Below the pieces are notes generated by a model. That model made no database searches, was not told where the DNA came from, and saw only the letters and a list, made by a program, of their open reading frames with translations. Both the position numbers and the translations under genes were made by a program. A stretch of 63,179 bases of DNA, filler included, from Bigelowiella natans CCMP2755 (lineage: Eukaryota; Protista; Cercozoa), in the NCBI GenBank assembly GCA_000320545.1. It is 7 parts of 7 records of this genome, joined end to end, with 100 filler letters (N's around TTAATTAATTAA, not from the genome) between each part and the next. Parts side by side here need not be neighbours in the genome. Positions count along the whole stretch, not along the records: positions 51,121 to 59,021 come from ADNK01002030.1; positions 59,122 to 61,214 come from ADNK01001530.1; positions 61,315 to 63,179 come from ADNK01001485.1; 4 more parts are not named here. One strand, 5' to 3'. Shown in pieces: positions 51,377-63,179 of this stretch. The number at the start of each line of letters is the position of its first letter. Position 1 is the stretch's first letter.

Positions 51377-51787
51377 GCCCAGAGATCGATGCGGATTGAT
51401 ATTTTATGCTTCGTGACTATGGTGTGAGGAGCACCTGATTTAAATACATGCCGTTTTACAAATAGGTACGCTTACTTCAAGGGCCTCAGCCGGGAGGACG
51501 CGCCTTACGTTGAAATGTGCGTTTGTGCTGCTGTCTGTCAAATCGTACCGAGAAAGAAGTGTGATTTCACCGAACCTCATTCCCCCCCCCCCCCCCCCTT
51601 CAGCCCGTCGAATTGCGTCATCAAGCTAGTTCCCCGCTGCTACACCTGCGAAGAGGAGCACGAGTACCTTGTGAAGTCGAATGGAGGGGAGAAGGAGGGG
51701 GGGGAGGAGGGGGGAGAGAAGGATGGAGCAGAGGGGAGGGAAGCGAAGAGCCGTGTGCGTTCCAGCACGATGGAGACGCCAATATAG
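51225..51787 (+). CDS. 6-phosphofructo-2-kinase/fructose-2,6-bisphosphatase-like histidine phosphatase, last exons
   Basis: VLVVAHNGIIRIL|YAYFKGLSREDAPYVEI|PSNCVIKLVPRCYTCEEE matches the PFKFB C-terminus. Confidence 0.75.
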
Positions 51788-52384
51788 ATAGACAGCAGCG
51801 CTGGTGGTAGTGCCGCACATATGTGCTACTGTTTCAGGGCATCATCGGAAGAGATGCTTATTTGCGTATATCGCGAAGGCGAGAGTAGAAGTAGCAGGAA
51901 CGCCGCAGCATGCAGCAACGGCAGGCTATCAATATATAAATAAATAAATTAATATATTGGATATGTAAATAAGGGCATAAAATCTTTATATTTTTTTACA
52001 TTAATGTTTGAATGACGATTATATGAAAGGTCGATGATAAAAATACACCGCATATCGTGGTCACACGCTAGCACCTGCCACACCACATGCACAAACATGT
52101 CATACGATTGCCTTAGCATGTCAATACGCCTCGGCCGCCTTGTTTGCACATAGCGCTTGCACGTCTAGACGTGTATCGTACGTACGTACGTGCAAGTATG
52201 TTCGATGATGAGCACATTAAACGTACATCATTAGCTCATCAGTTTGTCACGTTGTGCCCAAAATTTGGCCCTATCTAGCTATGGTGATGCTCGCAAAAAG
52301 CGATCGACGACTAGGGCGCATCTTGAGGATATGTGTATGTCGTAGACATGCATATCGACATATTCAAGACCGCTAGCTAGCTAG

Positions 52385-52531
52385 ACCGAAACAACATGCA
52401 TTTGATTGCATGAAACACATTATAGCGGAGACCAACAGATTCAACATTAGCGCTGTAGCCGCTGCATTATTGCACAGCTACATGAGGATGACCATTGAAC
52501 AAATTTAATTTGATTGATTACATCCGTCATA
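52385..52531 (+). mobile_element. LINE 3'-end copy (related subfamily)
   Basis: Translates HAFDCMKHIIAETNRFNISAVAAALLHSYMRMTIEQI* versus RAFSCMHHVTKETNRYNLSAVAAALHSYIRITIEKI* in the full copy; ends attacatccgtcat. Confidence 0.85.
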
Positions 52532-52602
52532 CATGTTTTCATACATCGTACATAGTGGACCAGTGGATATCATGTCTATTGATCACTCTCTACGTCTAGA
52601 CG

Positions 52603-53249
52603 TCACCGTCGCTTCCTTCCACCACCAGGTTTCTTATGATCGACGCTTTCAGATTCGAAATCAGACTCCTTTCCTAAGCCATAGAACTCTGCGGCCCAGT
52701 GATACCCACCCCAATCTGGCCCAGACTGAGTCTGCTCGCCCGGAGGGGGTGGGGGCTCACGGACACCGTCCGCTCGTGCATCCCCGTCCCATCCCCGTTC
52801 TGGCGTCATCAAATAGTTGTAAGCTTTTGTCATTCGAGCGAACTTGACCGGGGCACTTTTATCCTTACTAACATCAGGGTGCCACCGTTTGGCAAGATCG
52901 AAGTAGGCCTGATTTGTATCGATGAAACACCGGACTATTAAAGCCATTCAACTCTTCTGGTCCTGTCCCTCTCTCATTCTCTGGGGAGACTTTTTCTGGA
53001 AACTCAAGTGGCGTATCATTGTGTGGATGTTTATACCTTTTTGATTTCCGCTTTGTCAGCATTGGGGCCGACACCAAGGATTTCGTGTGGCAACTGCAGC
53101 CGCGTGCTACTGCTGAACTCAGAAATCATAGAAATTGGCTTCGTGAATGCCCTCTTTTTCTCGATAGCCTGGCGGCTACTAGATGTAGCCGTGCAACAGT
53201 GGAATGCCCGCCGCCTTGCTAAGCAGGTGAGCCGAGTCATTGACTTCAT
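52603..53249 (-). CDS. DnaJ (J-domain) protein with possible mitochondrial presequence
   Basis: PHEILGVGPNADKAEIKK|AYFDLAKRWHPDVSKDKSAPVKFARMTKAYNYL (HPD motif); intron 53036-52909. Confidence 0.85.
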
Positions 53250-53793
53250 CTGAAAGCGCATGCATTGCAATTTTCTCAGAAGTGACAGAAAATTTTGGTA
53301 TCGTTCTCGACCCTGACACCCCTTCCATTCCTGCGATAGGAAAACCTGCAGTCTTACCTCCCCCCCGAGGATGATACGCGCTTCCGTCCGACGAATCCTG
53401 AGGCACGATCCAGTGGTGGGGTGGTCGAACGTGCCCAAAATGTAAACGAGTAGCATTCCAGGACATTTTCCCCTGACGTTTATGCAAAATCCCCTGTATT
53501 CGAAATAACTTACAGACGACGTCGCACATGCAAAATCAACTGCAAAACGGTGCGGTTTCCAGCAAAATTCACAAACCATTTCGGGCAACACGTCGGCAAC
53601 AAGCAGGAGGCCTCTAGTACATAGACAATTATAACAAACTAGAACATCGTAACGGCATTCATGAAATTAGAAGAAACCAAAGAAGACTCGGCGAGAACAA
53701 CGGAGATATGACAAAAAGTTTATATACCACATACTACCTAATAATTTTATCTAAAATATCTGATCTTCCCTAAAAGCTGCCGCCCCCCCCCTG

Positions 53794-54268
53794 ATGGGAA
53801 AGCGGCTACGGCGTAGCCGTTCCCCTGGAAGGACCAAAGAGGATTGTGAGGAAAATAAGGAACTTATTCCAAGAAGTAGTAATGATAGTAGAAGGACACG
53901 GCTGCGGCGGGGGGGTGGCGACAGCTGGGAAAACGGCGACCGGCCGAGGAGGAGGACCGAGGAGGAAAGCAGGACAGCGAATGGCAACAAACTGGTAGCA
54001 TACTTTTTCATGGGTTTGCCAGGCGCGGGTAAGAGCACCGTCAAGCGCCAGGTCTGCGAAATCGAAGATCCCACAACATCATATATGCGTGAGAATGACC
54101 GATCGCCCCGAATCTGTGCATTCTTCTTCCGCCGTCTCATCATCTGTTGCTCTGAATGAAATATTTCAAGAAAATTGACACGGCGAAGGTGGTGGATATC
54201 GATCCAGACCGCATTAAGAAAAGCCACAGAGAGTGGAGGATCGACAATGTGTGATACGATGAAAGATA

Positions 54269-54301
<33 letters not shown>

Positions 54302-54435
54302 GTACCGAGGACGAGAATTAATGATAATGATTAGATGTCGAATAGGTCATGACAGCGATAGTAACATTTTAGCTTTCTTCGCCTAATGACTTTGTGCGGA
54401 GATTGGAATTGGTTCCCATTTGTACGCGTGAGTTT

Positions 54436-54509
<74 letters not shown>

Positions 54510-55063
54510 ATATGTTTTAAAGTTAAATGTATATGTATGAACACATGCCGTTGTTGACGATTGTGTTGTATGGTCAGGGCCTAAGGGATAGGAAGAAAGA
54601 CAGAGAGATTCACAAGTGGAGTGTTCGCGAGGTAAAAATGACACATATGAGAGTCTGCACCGTTCTTATCGCCTCTACCCTCGCACCTCCTCACAGGCTG
54701 TTGCTGAGTTCCGTAGCCTGACGAGAAAGCGGGAAAGCTCCTTGGTCTTGGACTCTTCAGGTTCAGTATAGAAGATGAAATCTGCTGCTCTAATATGGCT
54801 TGCGCCAACATTGCATGCAGTATATAATGTCGCCATCGTCGACGTTTCCATGTTCATCATGTTATCTTCTTACTGCTCGTCAGGTTCGGACAGTGAATGG
54901 TTAATGACAAGGATGAGCCGAGCGTTGGCCAAAGGATACCAAGTGGAACTAATGTCAGTTGTTTGAGGCGCACGCGCTCCTCTATGGTTTACCACTTAGC
55001 AGTGGACCGCAGCATTCCATGCTGCATCAGAGAACAAATTGTATATATATATATATATATATA

Positions 55064-55112
<49 letters not shown>

Positions 55113-55354
55113 AGCAACTACGTCCAGATGCGGGTCTGGGATATGGATTCATGAGCATAATCTGAGTTTGTTCTCCTATTCCTCTCCCACCTAATCCCCC
55201 CCTCTCCACTAATGAGAAGATACGTCCGCATCCCTGTGGAGATTGCTGTGGTGCGGAATCGCCAGAGAATGGAGGCTGCTATGACGACGAAACCGATCCC
55301 TCCCAACTTACACTGGGTAGCCGATACGGACTTAACATGATAACGGCAATAATA

Positions 55355-55387
<33 letters not shown>

Positions 55388-55476
55388 TATGATTATGACA
55401 AGCATCATGACTACCACTTGTTGATTCATCGACAACAGTAGGTGCATGCACGCGCTTAGGCGCAACACAACACACG

Positions 55477-55527
<51 letters not shown>

Positions 55528-56486
55528 GCTTTCTTTCTAAATATCGTTCGGGTAATCCTGACAAAGCACCGTCCGTGTGAAACAACCAGGTCCCCGAGGA
55601 GATAATATGGAGGAAAGCTGCCTACCTGGATCCTTCATTTCACTTGGCGAAAAGGTGATGATCGCTGCCATCATATGTCTTGCGATGTGCTGAATTCTAT
55701 CTTATTCCCTCGCCCCCCCCCCCTTCGTCTCCTATGGATAGGTACGCAGATAGGTCCTCGGTGGTCAACAACTACACCGAACAGGAGCACAGAGAAGCGA
55801 TTCGCTTACTCAAGGAAGATGGAACTCTCGAGGCCATGTCACAGTACCTACCCCGTGATGATTACGAGTTCTTTACGCGGTACGGTAGGGGGGGGCAGCG
55901 AAGGCGGCAATACGACGCAGATAGTGGCGGGGAGAGGGCCCACCGCCGACGCGAAGACAGCTGCAGTAGTAGTAATAGAAAACGAGATAGTAGCGCACGC
56001 AATCGCCACAGAAATTTCCGTGAAGATGACGAACAGCGAATCATGCGGCAGCGGCGGCGCGGCAGCGGCGAAGACAGAAAAGGGAGTGGCAGGAGGCGGG
56101 TAACGAGGGGCAAGGGCAATAGGGAACATGATGACCAAGATTATGAGAGAAGGCGTCGTCGGGTTCATAACAGCAAAGTAAAGCTGAGGGGGAGGAGGAG
56201 CAGCCACCAGGAGATCGACGACAACGGTGATAGCGAAAGGGCCAGAAAGAGACAGAGATATAGCAACAACTATGGCGATCGCCAATGCAGCAGAGGGTAT
56301 GATGGTAGAGATGTATCAAGAGAGAGACGGAGGAACCTTCAGCATTCACCATTACAGCAACGACGACGAAGGTACGATTACGATAGCAGACGCAAGATTC
56401 AGCCTCGAATCCCACCCCGTCGTCGCCTCCCAAAGGACCGCGATTCTCATGATCGTCGTCGAAGCAACAGAGGGTACGGCCGATAG
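53794..56486 (+). CDS. Zeta-toxin-like P-loop kinase with Arg/Ser/Asp-rich N- and C-terminal tails
   Basis: FFMGLPGAGKST (Walker A), VDIDPDRIK, IHKWSVRE, LVLDSSG|S, KGYQVEL, YVRIPVEIAVVRNRQR and VPEEII in successive exons; R/D-rich ORF 55680..56486. Confidence 0.7.
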
Positions 56487-56689
56487 GCACCGAGCTCCGA
56501 CCTCGCGATCGTCGAAAGAATGATGGGAAGTGATGCCTTTTGGCGTCACTCGATTGGCCTTTATTCCCACTTGGCGGTGCCTTCGTGGATAAGAGGGCAG
56601 GGCTCGCCATCGTGGCTCTAAGCGGTTTGCGAGGGAAGCGCAGCTACAAATCAGCAATTTAACCCTAAAACATCTAAAACATCATATTG

Positions 56690-57120
56690 TCGAAACACAG
56701 TGTTTGTCAGCAGTAGCCTCCAGAAATTCCTGTGAGATCCTTCCTTCCTTTTGGGCTAGGAAATTTCTGCAGTGCGGCAATGTTTTTGTGGAAATCGAAT
56801 CATCATGCCGGATTTGCGCTGCTGTGTCAAATTTTGTCAAGGCCTGCTGGACGTGCCAGCGTGGAGCCGAACATGCCTTATTGAAATCCAGGTGCATGAT
56901 TGCAACGTGAAGTTTGGATTTTTTGTCACCTCTTCATCCATTGCATGGCCGTCACCATCATCGATCCAAGCGTTGGTGCGCAACCAGGCTTTTGTGCACT
57001 GCACTTGAGTTCGACAACGCGGTGGCAGTGCAGTGGCAAGAACATGAGGAACATCGTTAGGAAAGATCCAGGCAGTCCCAAAATCCTGTTCAGTATTTGT
57101 TTGCCAACCTGACAAAAAAG
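56690..57120 (-). mobile_element. Internal ORF2 fragment of the same LINE family
   Basis: NDVPHVLATALPPRCRTQVQCTKAWLRTNAW versus NDTPHALAATLPPRHRTQVQCTKTWLRTNAW in the full copy. Confidence 0.88.
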
Positions 57121-57199
57121 CTTGCATGCTGACAGCGCAATGATGGGACAGCGCACACGTGCACCAATCTAGCAATGTGCGTGTTGTTGGCATGCAAAA

Positions 57200-57378
57200 T
57201 TGACAGAGGCAAGAACTGCTGCGCGCATTGCACGAAATCGACGACCAGACATGGATGCTTTCAAATGCATGAAACACATACAGATGGATGCAATGCAAGC
57301 GCTGTAGCCGCTGCTTTGCTTGGCCACATTGGGATGACCATTGAAAAGATTTGATCACTTCATCACATCCGTCTCGTG
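57200..57378 (+). mobile_element. LINE 3'-terminal fragment, heavily TA-mutated
   Basis: ARTAARIARNRRPDMDAFKCMKH...aagcgctgtagccgctgc...ccacattgggatgaccattgaaaagatttgatcacttcatcacatccgtctc. Confidence 0.8.
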
Positions 57379-57384
57379 ATGCAG

Positions 57385-57510
57385 AGACAAATAGATGACA
57401 CACAAGCGCTGTAGCCCGCTTCTTTGCATGCATGTAGCTGTGCGATAGCTACATTGCAGTCACGACTATCGAAAAGATTTAATAGCTTCATGTATTACAT
57501 CCGTCTCATA
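57385..57510 (+). mobile_element. Second tandem LINE 3'-end copy
   Basis: aagcgctgtagcccgct...atagctacatt...gaaaagatttaat...attacatccgtctcata. Confidence 0.75.
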
Positions 57511-57570
57511 CATGTGTAACCAGGTTATTTGTTGCAATTTTTCTGGCATATTATTTTATTTGATTTATAG

Positions 57571-58900
57571 TTAAATGCGACTTGGTGATTCCAAACCTCC
57601 AGCAGCATGTGATGAGGCCCTACTGTGTCTGGCGGCTGCAAAACTCTGCCTTCTGTTACTTGGTCTGCGGTGATGGTGTACACCACTACCTACCATCTTT
57701 GTGTCCCCCGAGGCCTGCTGTACAACCCCAACGGGCGACATAGCGACAGCTTCAGGCTCCTTATTACTATCATTATTTGCTGCTTCCTCGTCTTCATCTT
57801 TGCAGCAAGATGGGAAAATATGCCAGAAGACTATGCAGACGCCAAGGAAGGCATAGTAGAAGAAGGTCAGACTCCCAAGCGCCAACGACAGAGAAGCAAA
57901 AACGGAATTTACACGGTTGGTCTCGCTTTTCGTGCATGTATACGGGGGGATATCAACCCAAGGCTCACAGAGATTAGACGATTTCTTTCCATCCCAAGCC
58001 ACTTGCAGGTTTGAATGGATGCTCTGCATAATCGCTGCTTTTGACTCCGGTCCAATTGGGAAACAGAAGCACTCGAAACTGCAATGGCTGGTACCATTTC
58101 CGCAGAGGCCCCAGATGGCATCAGAGACTTCGTAAGTGAGCACACTTGCACTGCTGTTAGCAACCTGGAGGCCATTAAGGTGCGTTGGTGGGCAGAATCT
58201 TCCGACGCGGGTAGTGACATTAGCATCCCATTGGCCTCTTGATGGTGCAGCAGTTGAAGGTGCACTTGTTGGTGTGGTCGTGGTAGGAGAGCTAGTGATT
58301 GGAGCATTTGTTGCGTACGGGAGCTTCTCAATCGTAATCGAAAGCAACTCGTCCCACCCAATTTTAATGTCTGCGTATAAGGCGGCTGTGTTCGAGTCCC
58401 ATGTGTATGCTAGACCAATCACTTTTCCATTTCCTCTTGCTTGATACCAAGCCCATGATGCTCCCAGTCCGTCGGTGTAAAGACTGTAGGTACCATGCCT
58501 TAAGCCTTGGCGTTTGATAGGTTTGATGTTCGGCAGATACCCGAGTGCGTCCTCAGACATGCTATAGACCGTTCCAGCTACCGTATCCTTTCTCGCAGAT
58601 ATTCCGCGTAGAGTCGTTTCGTGATTCTTGTTGAATATGTGGTTGATTGCCGCCACGGAGTGAGCAGATCCACACCCAAGGAATATCAACACCCCGCCAT
58701 TTTGAACAAAGTTTTGTAGTAACAATTTCTTAGAAGGTCCAATAGTTGTCGTCCAATTTGCTTGCAGCTCTGGTATTAACACGAAACTAGACGAGGTCAG
58801 GCGATTGTTGTCTAGAGTCGTCCAGAAGTCTGCGCTAGTGCTGGAAGAAGAGGCATTCGCGGTTGTGTTTCGGTTGATCACGGTCTGGACTTCCGTCTCC
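57571..58900 (-). CDS. Last exon of a membrane protein (class I glutamine-amidotransferase-like segment, PT stalk, Cys-rich region, TM)
   Basis: 436-aa ORF: LLQNFVQNGGVLIFLG...GNGKVIGLAYTW; TSSPTTTTPTSAPSTAAP; TM VFASLSLALGSLTFFYYAFLGVCIVFW. Confidence 0.7.
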
Positions 58901-58910
58901 TAAGATGATG

Positions 58911-58949
<39 letters not shown>

Positions 58950-59021
58950 GGGAGGGGGGGGGGGGGGGGGGTAGGGGGAGGTACGGTATAGGTTAAGGTA
59001 GGTAACCGTAACCGTAACGTC

Positions 59022-59121
59022 NNNNNNNNNNNNNNNNNNNNNNNNNNNNNNNNNNNNNNNNNNNNTTAATTAATTAANNNNNNNNNNNNNNNNNNNNNNN
59101 NNNNNNNNNNNNNNNNNNNNN
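59022..59121. other. Artificial 100-bp linker
   Basis: N44-TTAATTAATTAA-N44; low-quality-looking sequence on both flanks. Confidence 0.97.
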
Positions 59122-59639
59122 AAACGAGAGTTATATGGGGGAATTAGGATGAGTATGGTTTCTATGAAACCTTTAGGTCAAATACTACAGAGGGGAACCC
59201 TTTATATATAAAGGTGATTTTTATGAAACATCAGCAGCTTATTTAAAGAGGTCTCCTCCACCCCCCTCCATGCAATAACTAACCCTTCCGCTTCTCCCCC
59301 ACAAGGGGGCCACCCCCCCCGCCCCAACCTTCCCTCGGGAGATATTGATTTGCCCCCAGGCGGGGGGGGGGTGGGGGGGGGGAGGGATGACTAAAGAGGA
59401 AAGACAAGAGTTTCCCCCTAGCTTTTGGGACTCCCTCCAGGAGATGTACCAATGTTTTTTGAAGGACTTCACAATTTCTCTCGTTTGCTATCCCCCCCCC
59501 CCTCTTCCTCCCCCCTGCCTGGAAAAATCCCACCTCCCACTGATGTCAAATTGGGCCGGAGAGCATCGCCCTTTTGTGGAGTAGCAGCAGTAGAAATAGT
59601 AACAGCACAACGATGACAGCCCCATCAGAACTCAACAGC

Positions 59640-59670
<31 letters not shown>

Positions 59671-59706
59671 TGCATATGTGTGTGTGTGTGCGCGCGCGTG
59701 TTTTAC

Positions 59707-60800
59707 CTGCGATGACGTTTAAAAGTGATGTCTTCCCGCTGCCACTGGGGCCCAAGACGACCTGATTGTGCAATTTCTGTCAGTCAAAATGTCGGTGTAT
59801 TTTCGCCCTATTTGCGGCGGATGTACGGCGGAAGGCAGCAGTGACTGAGGGAGCTAATCTTGCAGCGCGATGATAGCTCCAAAACAAATCGTGATTGACA
59901 CTTTGGTGTATTCGTCCTTCACACTATCACGAACGGATAAACGAATAAAGTAAATAAGCAAGTATGCACGATCTGTCCTCCACACTATTACAGTGAGCTC
60001 TCCTCCAGGGAAATCAGCACTCACGCCGTCTAAAATTCGGATATAATACACAGTTTTCAGGTAATGCTGCTGAGACCACAGCGATGCCCTAGAGGAAGAT
60101 CGAACGCAACGCCAGCAAAACAAAGGGGGGGTGGGGGGGGCACACTGCCCCCAATGGCGATGATAGGCCGAAAAACACTACTACTTCAAGAGAGTCGTTG
60201 TTGCTGATGATGATACTAGCTAGCGAATGCGTCGGCTGTGCCTTCGCACTGTGGAGGCATGCACGCGCTGTTATTTTGCTGTTGTAGTCTTCTTACCCAG
60301 AATTCTGGTTGCATTTGGATGGAACAACGTGCCAGATGCGGCGTTGACGCTACTACTACTACTACTACTACTGTTTCCAATTGGCGCTGCTCTTGCCAGG
60401 ACCTGCCGCGCCTCTGCCCTCCTCCTCCTCCACCTCCTCCTCCTCCTATTCGTCTTCGCGTTCAAAGTCACGTTCTCCACCGTCACAGATACAGAGCGTG
60501 GGGATAAGGGGCTCCTGCCTCTTGCGCCTGTTGTTTTGGGGGAGATTATGCACTCATCGGAGAGATATACGTGTGTGTGTGTGTGTGTGTGTGTATCATA
60601 TTATAATTATCGGGTATGGGCGTGAAAAGAGGACATGGATTTGATTACAATCTCAAATATATATTATTAATGTCGTGTCCACCCACCACCTTATCACAGA
60701 ATTACCTTTGGAGTCCGGGGGAGGGAAAGCGAAGGAGCCGGAGGAGGAGGAAGAATAGGAGGAAGGGATTTTGACAGAGTGGGAGGCACCGCCGCCCTGT
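59707..60800 (-). CDS. ABC transporter subfamily G, N-terminal NBD exons (partial)
   Basis: SVTVENVTLNAK; ILDGVSADFPGGELTVI; VVLGPSGSGKTSLLNVIAG (Walker A). Confidence 0.7.
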
Positions 60801-60810
60801 ACGTAAAGCA

Positions 60811-60854
<44 letters not shown>

Positions 60855-60874
60855 TCTCATCTAAGATAATTATT

Positions 60875-60907
<33 letters not shown>

Positions 60908-61214
60908 GCTATCGCCATCCTCATCATCATCATATTTATCTTCGCAAGTAGAAGACTCGAAGAATTACCACCTTTTCTTCCTGCCCAGAAATCATCGGAT
61001 AACTGGGCCTTGGCCGACGTTGCATGGCCGCCTTCGCAGTAGGAACAGCAAGTGCTTCATTCTGAGGCTGGATGATGTGGCGTTTGCACACAATCAGCTC
61101 ACATTAATGAACATCGGCATGGACAATATCTTCCGAACAAAGCATACAATATACATGCCGTAGTAACACATAAACTAATAGTAATTAATGAATTTAATAT
61201 TATATATGTGTATC

Positions 61215-61314
61215 NNNNNNNNNNNNNNNNNNNNNNNNNNNNNNNNNNNNNNNNNNNNTTAATTAATTAANNNNNNNNNNNNNNNNNNNNNNNNNNNNNN
61301 NNNNNNNNNNNNNN
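61215..61314. other. Artificial 100-bp linker
   Basis: N44-TTAATTAATTAA-N44. Confidence 0.97.
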
Positions 61315-61531
61315 CCTTCAGCCCTTCCTGGAGCTGCAGGATCGTGTCATCACGCGCTTTTTAGATCAACGCCCAGCTTCCCAGCAGCCTCCCCCTCCTG
61401 AGAGGCCCGATGCTCAGCTGCAGAAGCAGCCTTTTCCGCAAGGTCCCTTTCTTCCTTGGCCTGCAAGAGCTGGGCTTGAAGCTCTTTCACCTTTTGGGGG
61501 GAGCAAGGGCGAAACAAGTGGTGAAGAAGAG

Positions 61532-61576
<45 letters not shown>

Positions 61577-62583
61577 CAACAGCAACACCAGCGTCACCGT
61601 GTGATTCTGTGCGCATCATCAAGCGGTTATAAGACTCAAACCTCCTCTTGCAGGGCCACAACTGCAGAGTTCGCCGCAGAATCGCGTTCTTTCCCTGCAG
61701 ATGCGACTTGTGCACGAAGTTTTTCTAGGCTGCTTTCGGCCTGGGCACAATAGGGGGAAGGGGGGGGAATGGGATGATATGAGCTAACGGATAACATGGC
61801 AATATTTCAGCAGCGTGAGGACACACAAGAGAAAAAGACGTCTCCATTATCGTGCCAAGACGCGACAAAATCGTCGTTTTCGGAGTCACATTCAAATCCA
61901 CATTCTCAAGCCCACTACTCGCAGTAGCAGCAGCAAGAGCAAGCAAAACGACACCTTCTTCCTCCCAGCAAGCTCGCGGTCGTAAAGCTTTTTGGCGCCC
62001 GTCAGCCGCCTCTTCAAATCCGCATCGACCTAGGAGCACAAAGCAGCAGCAGCAGCAACACGCGACACTGACTGACACAAGCGAATTGGAAGGATCGATA
62101 CGGATAATACTACTACTACTACTACTACGACGAGGACGACGATAACCATGACTATAAAAGAAGAATGCATCTTAGAAACAACAGAAGGCCAAAGAGAACA
62201 ATCCCTGCGTTAAACTCATCGAAAATCGGTTTTGGTATTCATTAGCCCCCCCCCCCCCCCCCCTCATCAGCTCTCCTTCCCTACAAAAAACTCCTCTCAA
62301 GTTCTGTCTACCTTTCTCTTGGCCTCAACTAGCTTTTTCTTGTCCGCATTTAGCAGGAGAATCTGCTTCTGTAACTTGTCGGATTTGTCCTTGTGCTCTT
62401 TCACCATTGCGTCACTCTTCTTCTTCTCGGCGTTGAATGCATCAAGACGACGCTTCAGACCCACGCGAACATCATCCTCCCTTTTTTTCCATTGCGGGCA
62501 TACACAATTACGCATTGGTATCGAAGCATTTACAATATGTACATGTACATACATAATATATATATATATATATATATATATTA

Positions 62584-62616
<33 letters not shown>

Positions 62617-62800
62617 TAGAGTAATCGTTTGTATTAGCACGTGAAATTTTGCGTCGTGAAGACCATTTTTGCCGGTCTAAAGCAGCAGCGGCCGATGCTG
62701 ATTGCGAAGCGGAGAGGGAGGCCTTGAGCGCCTCGATTTCACGCCGGGCGGCCTCGAGCTCTTCGCTCCGCGTGTCATCGGCCGGAAACTGGATTTTCTG
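61315..62800 (-). CDS. Multi-exon coiled-coil protein (partial)
   Basis: EELEAARREIEALKASL; LKRRLDAFNAEKKKSDAMVKEHKDKSDKLQKQILLL; KVKELQAQLLQAKEERDLAEK. Confidence 0.45.
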
Positions 62801-63148
62801 GAAAACAAACGATAGACAGGAGGTTTTGAGGGGAAGTGCCGGGGGAAAGGAGAGCATTGGCGCGGATTGTTGGGGCTATCAGTCGAGACAATGCTGCCAG
62901 GGGTCATATCCACACACGCATTCGGAGCACGGCGACGGAGCGAGTTTGCTTCAAATGTCGCAGGGAGGCGGGTTTCGTAATACAGCTTTCTCTTTTTATT
63001 GGGCGGATGTGTGTGTGTGTGTGTGTGTTTTCTTTGTTTGAAGCCCGACAGCACGGGGATTCTTGGTTCTCGCTTGCTTGCCTGTTCAGCACGCCGCATA
63101 ACAGCAGAGGCAGATTCTGCTATTACTACTTCTGCCACTACTACTACC

Positions 63149-63179
<31 letters not shown>

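Noticed and set aside
56658-56680. Telomere-like taaccctaaaa
   Set aside because: Single unit, no array.
58975-59550. Odd gtaaccgtaacc repeats and G/C-run-rich sequence flanking the gap
   Set aside because: Looks like low-quality read-end noise at contig termini.
54-63159. Numerous ORFs with poly-CV, YI, HT, RE, poly-S/L/M/D
   Set aside because: Translations of intronic microsatellites, not proteins.

Overview
Intron-rich, microsatellite-rich eukaryotic (protist/algal) nuclear DNA. The bipartite-looking leaders are consistent with a chlorarachniophyte-like alga; this is inference only. The window is seven pieces joined by artificial 100-bp linkers (N44-TTAATTAATTAA-N44), and several genes are cut at the joins. 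Recognisable genes: an ABCD transporter, a calflagin/FCaBP-like EF-hand protein, a polycystin-like membrane protein, an F-box protein, ASF1 with a signal-peptide leader, HSP20, a deiodinase-like selenoprotein (in-frame UGA plus SECIS candidate), a Zn-finger/ankyrin protein, an SRCR-mucin receptor, a neuroguidin-like protein, a PFKFB C-terminus, DnaJ, a zeta-toxin-like P-loop kinase and an ABCG transporter. The main signal is a near full-length APE-RT LINE (2755-7700, minus strand) that is almost completely stripped of TpA dinucleotides. Conserved motifs and copy-to-copy comparisons show TA->TG/CA (A->G on either strand), and every survivor in the element body has TAG on at least one strand, most often CTAG. 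This is the opposite direction to fungal RIP and suggests a repeat-directed DNA adenine hypermutation (genome defence) system. The same signature marks several intergenic islands and spills into one host gene. Copies of the LINE 3' end repeatedly sit head-on just downstream of host stop codons, sometimes in tandem. No candidate deaminase gene was recognised in this window. Dinucleotide counts are manual and exon boundaries were read by eye.
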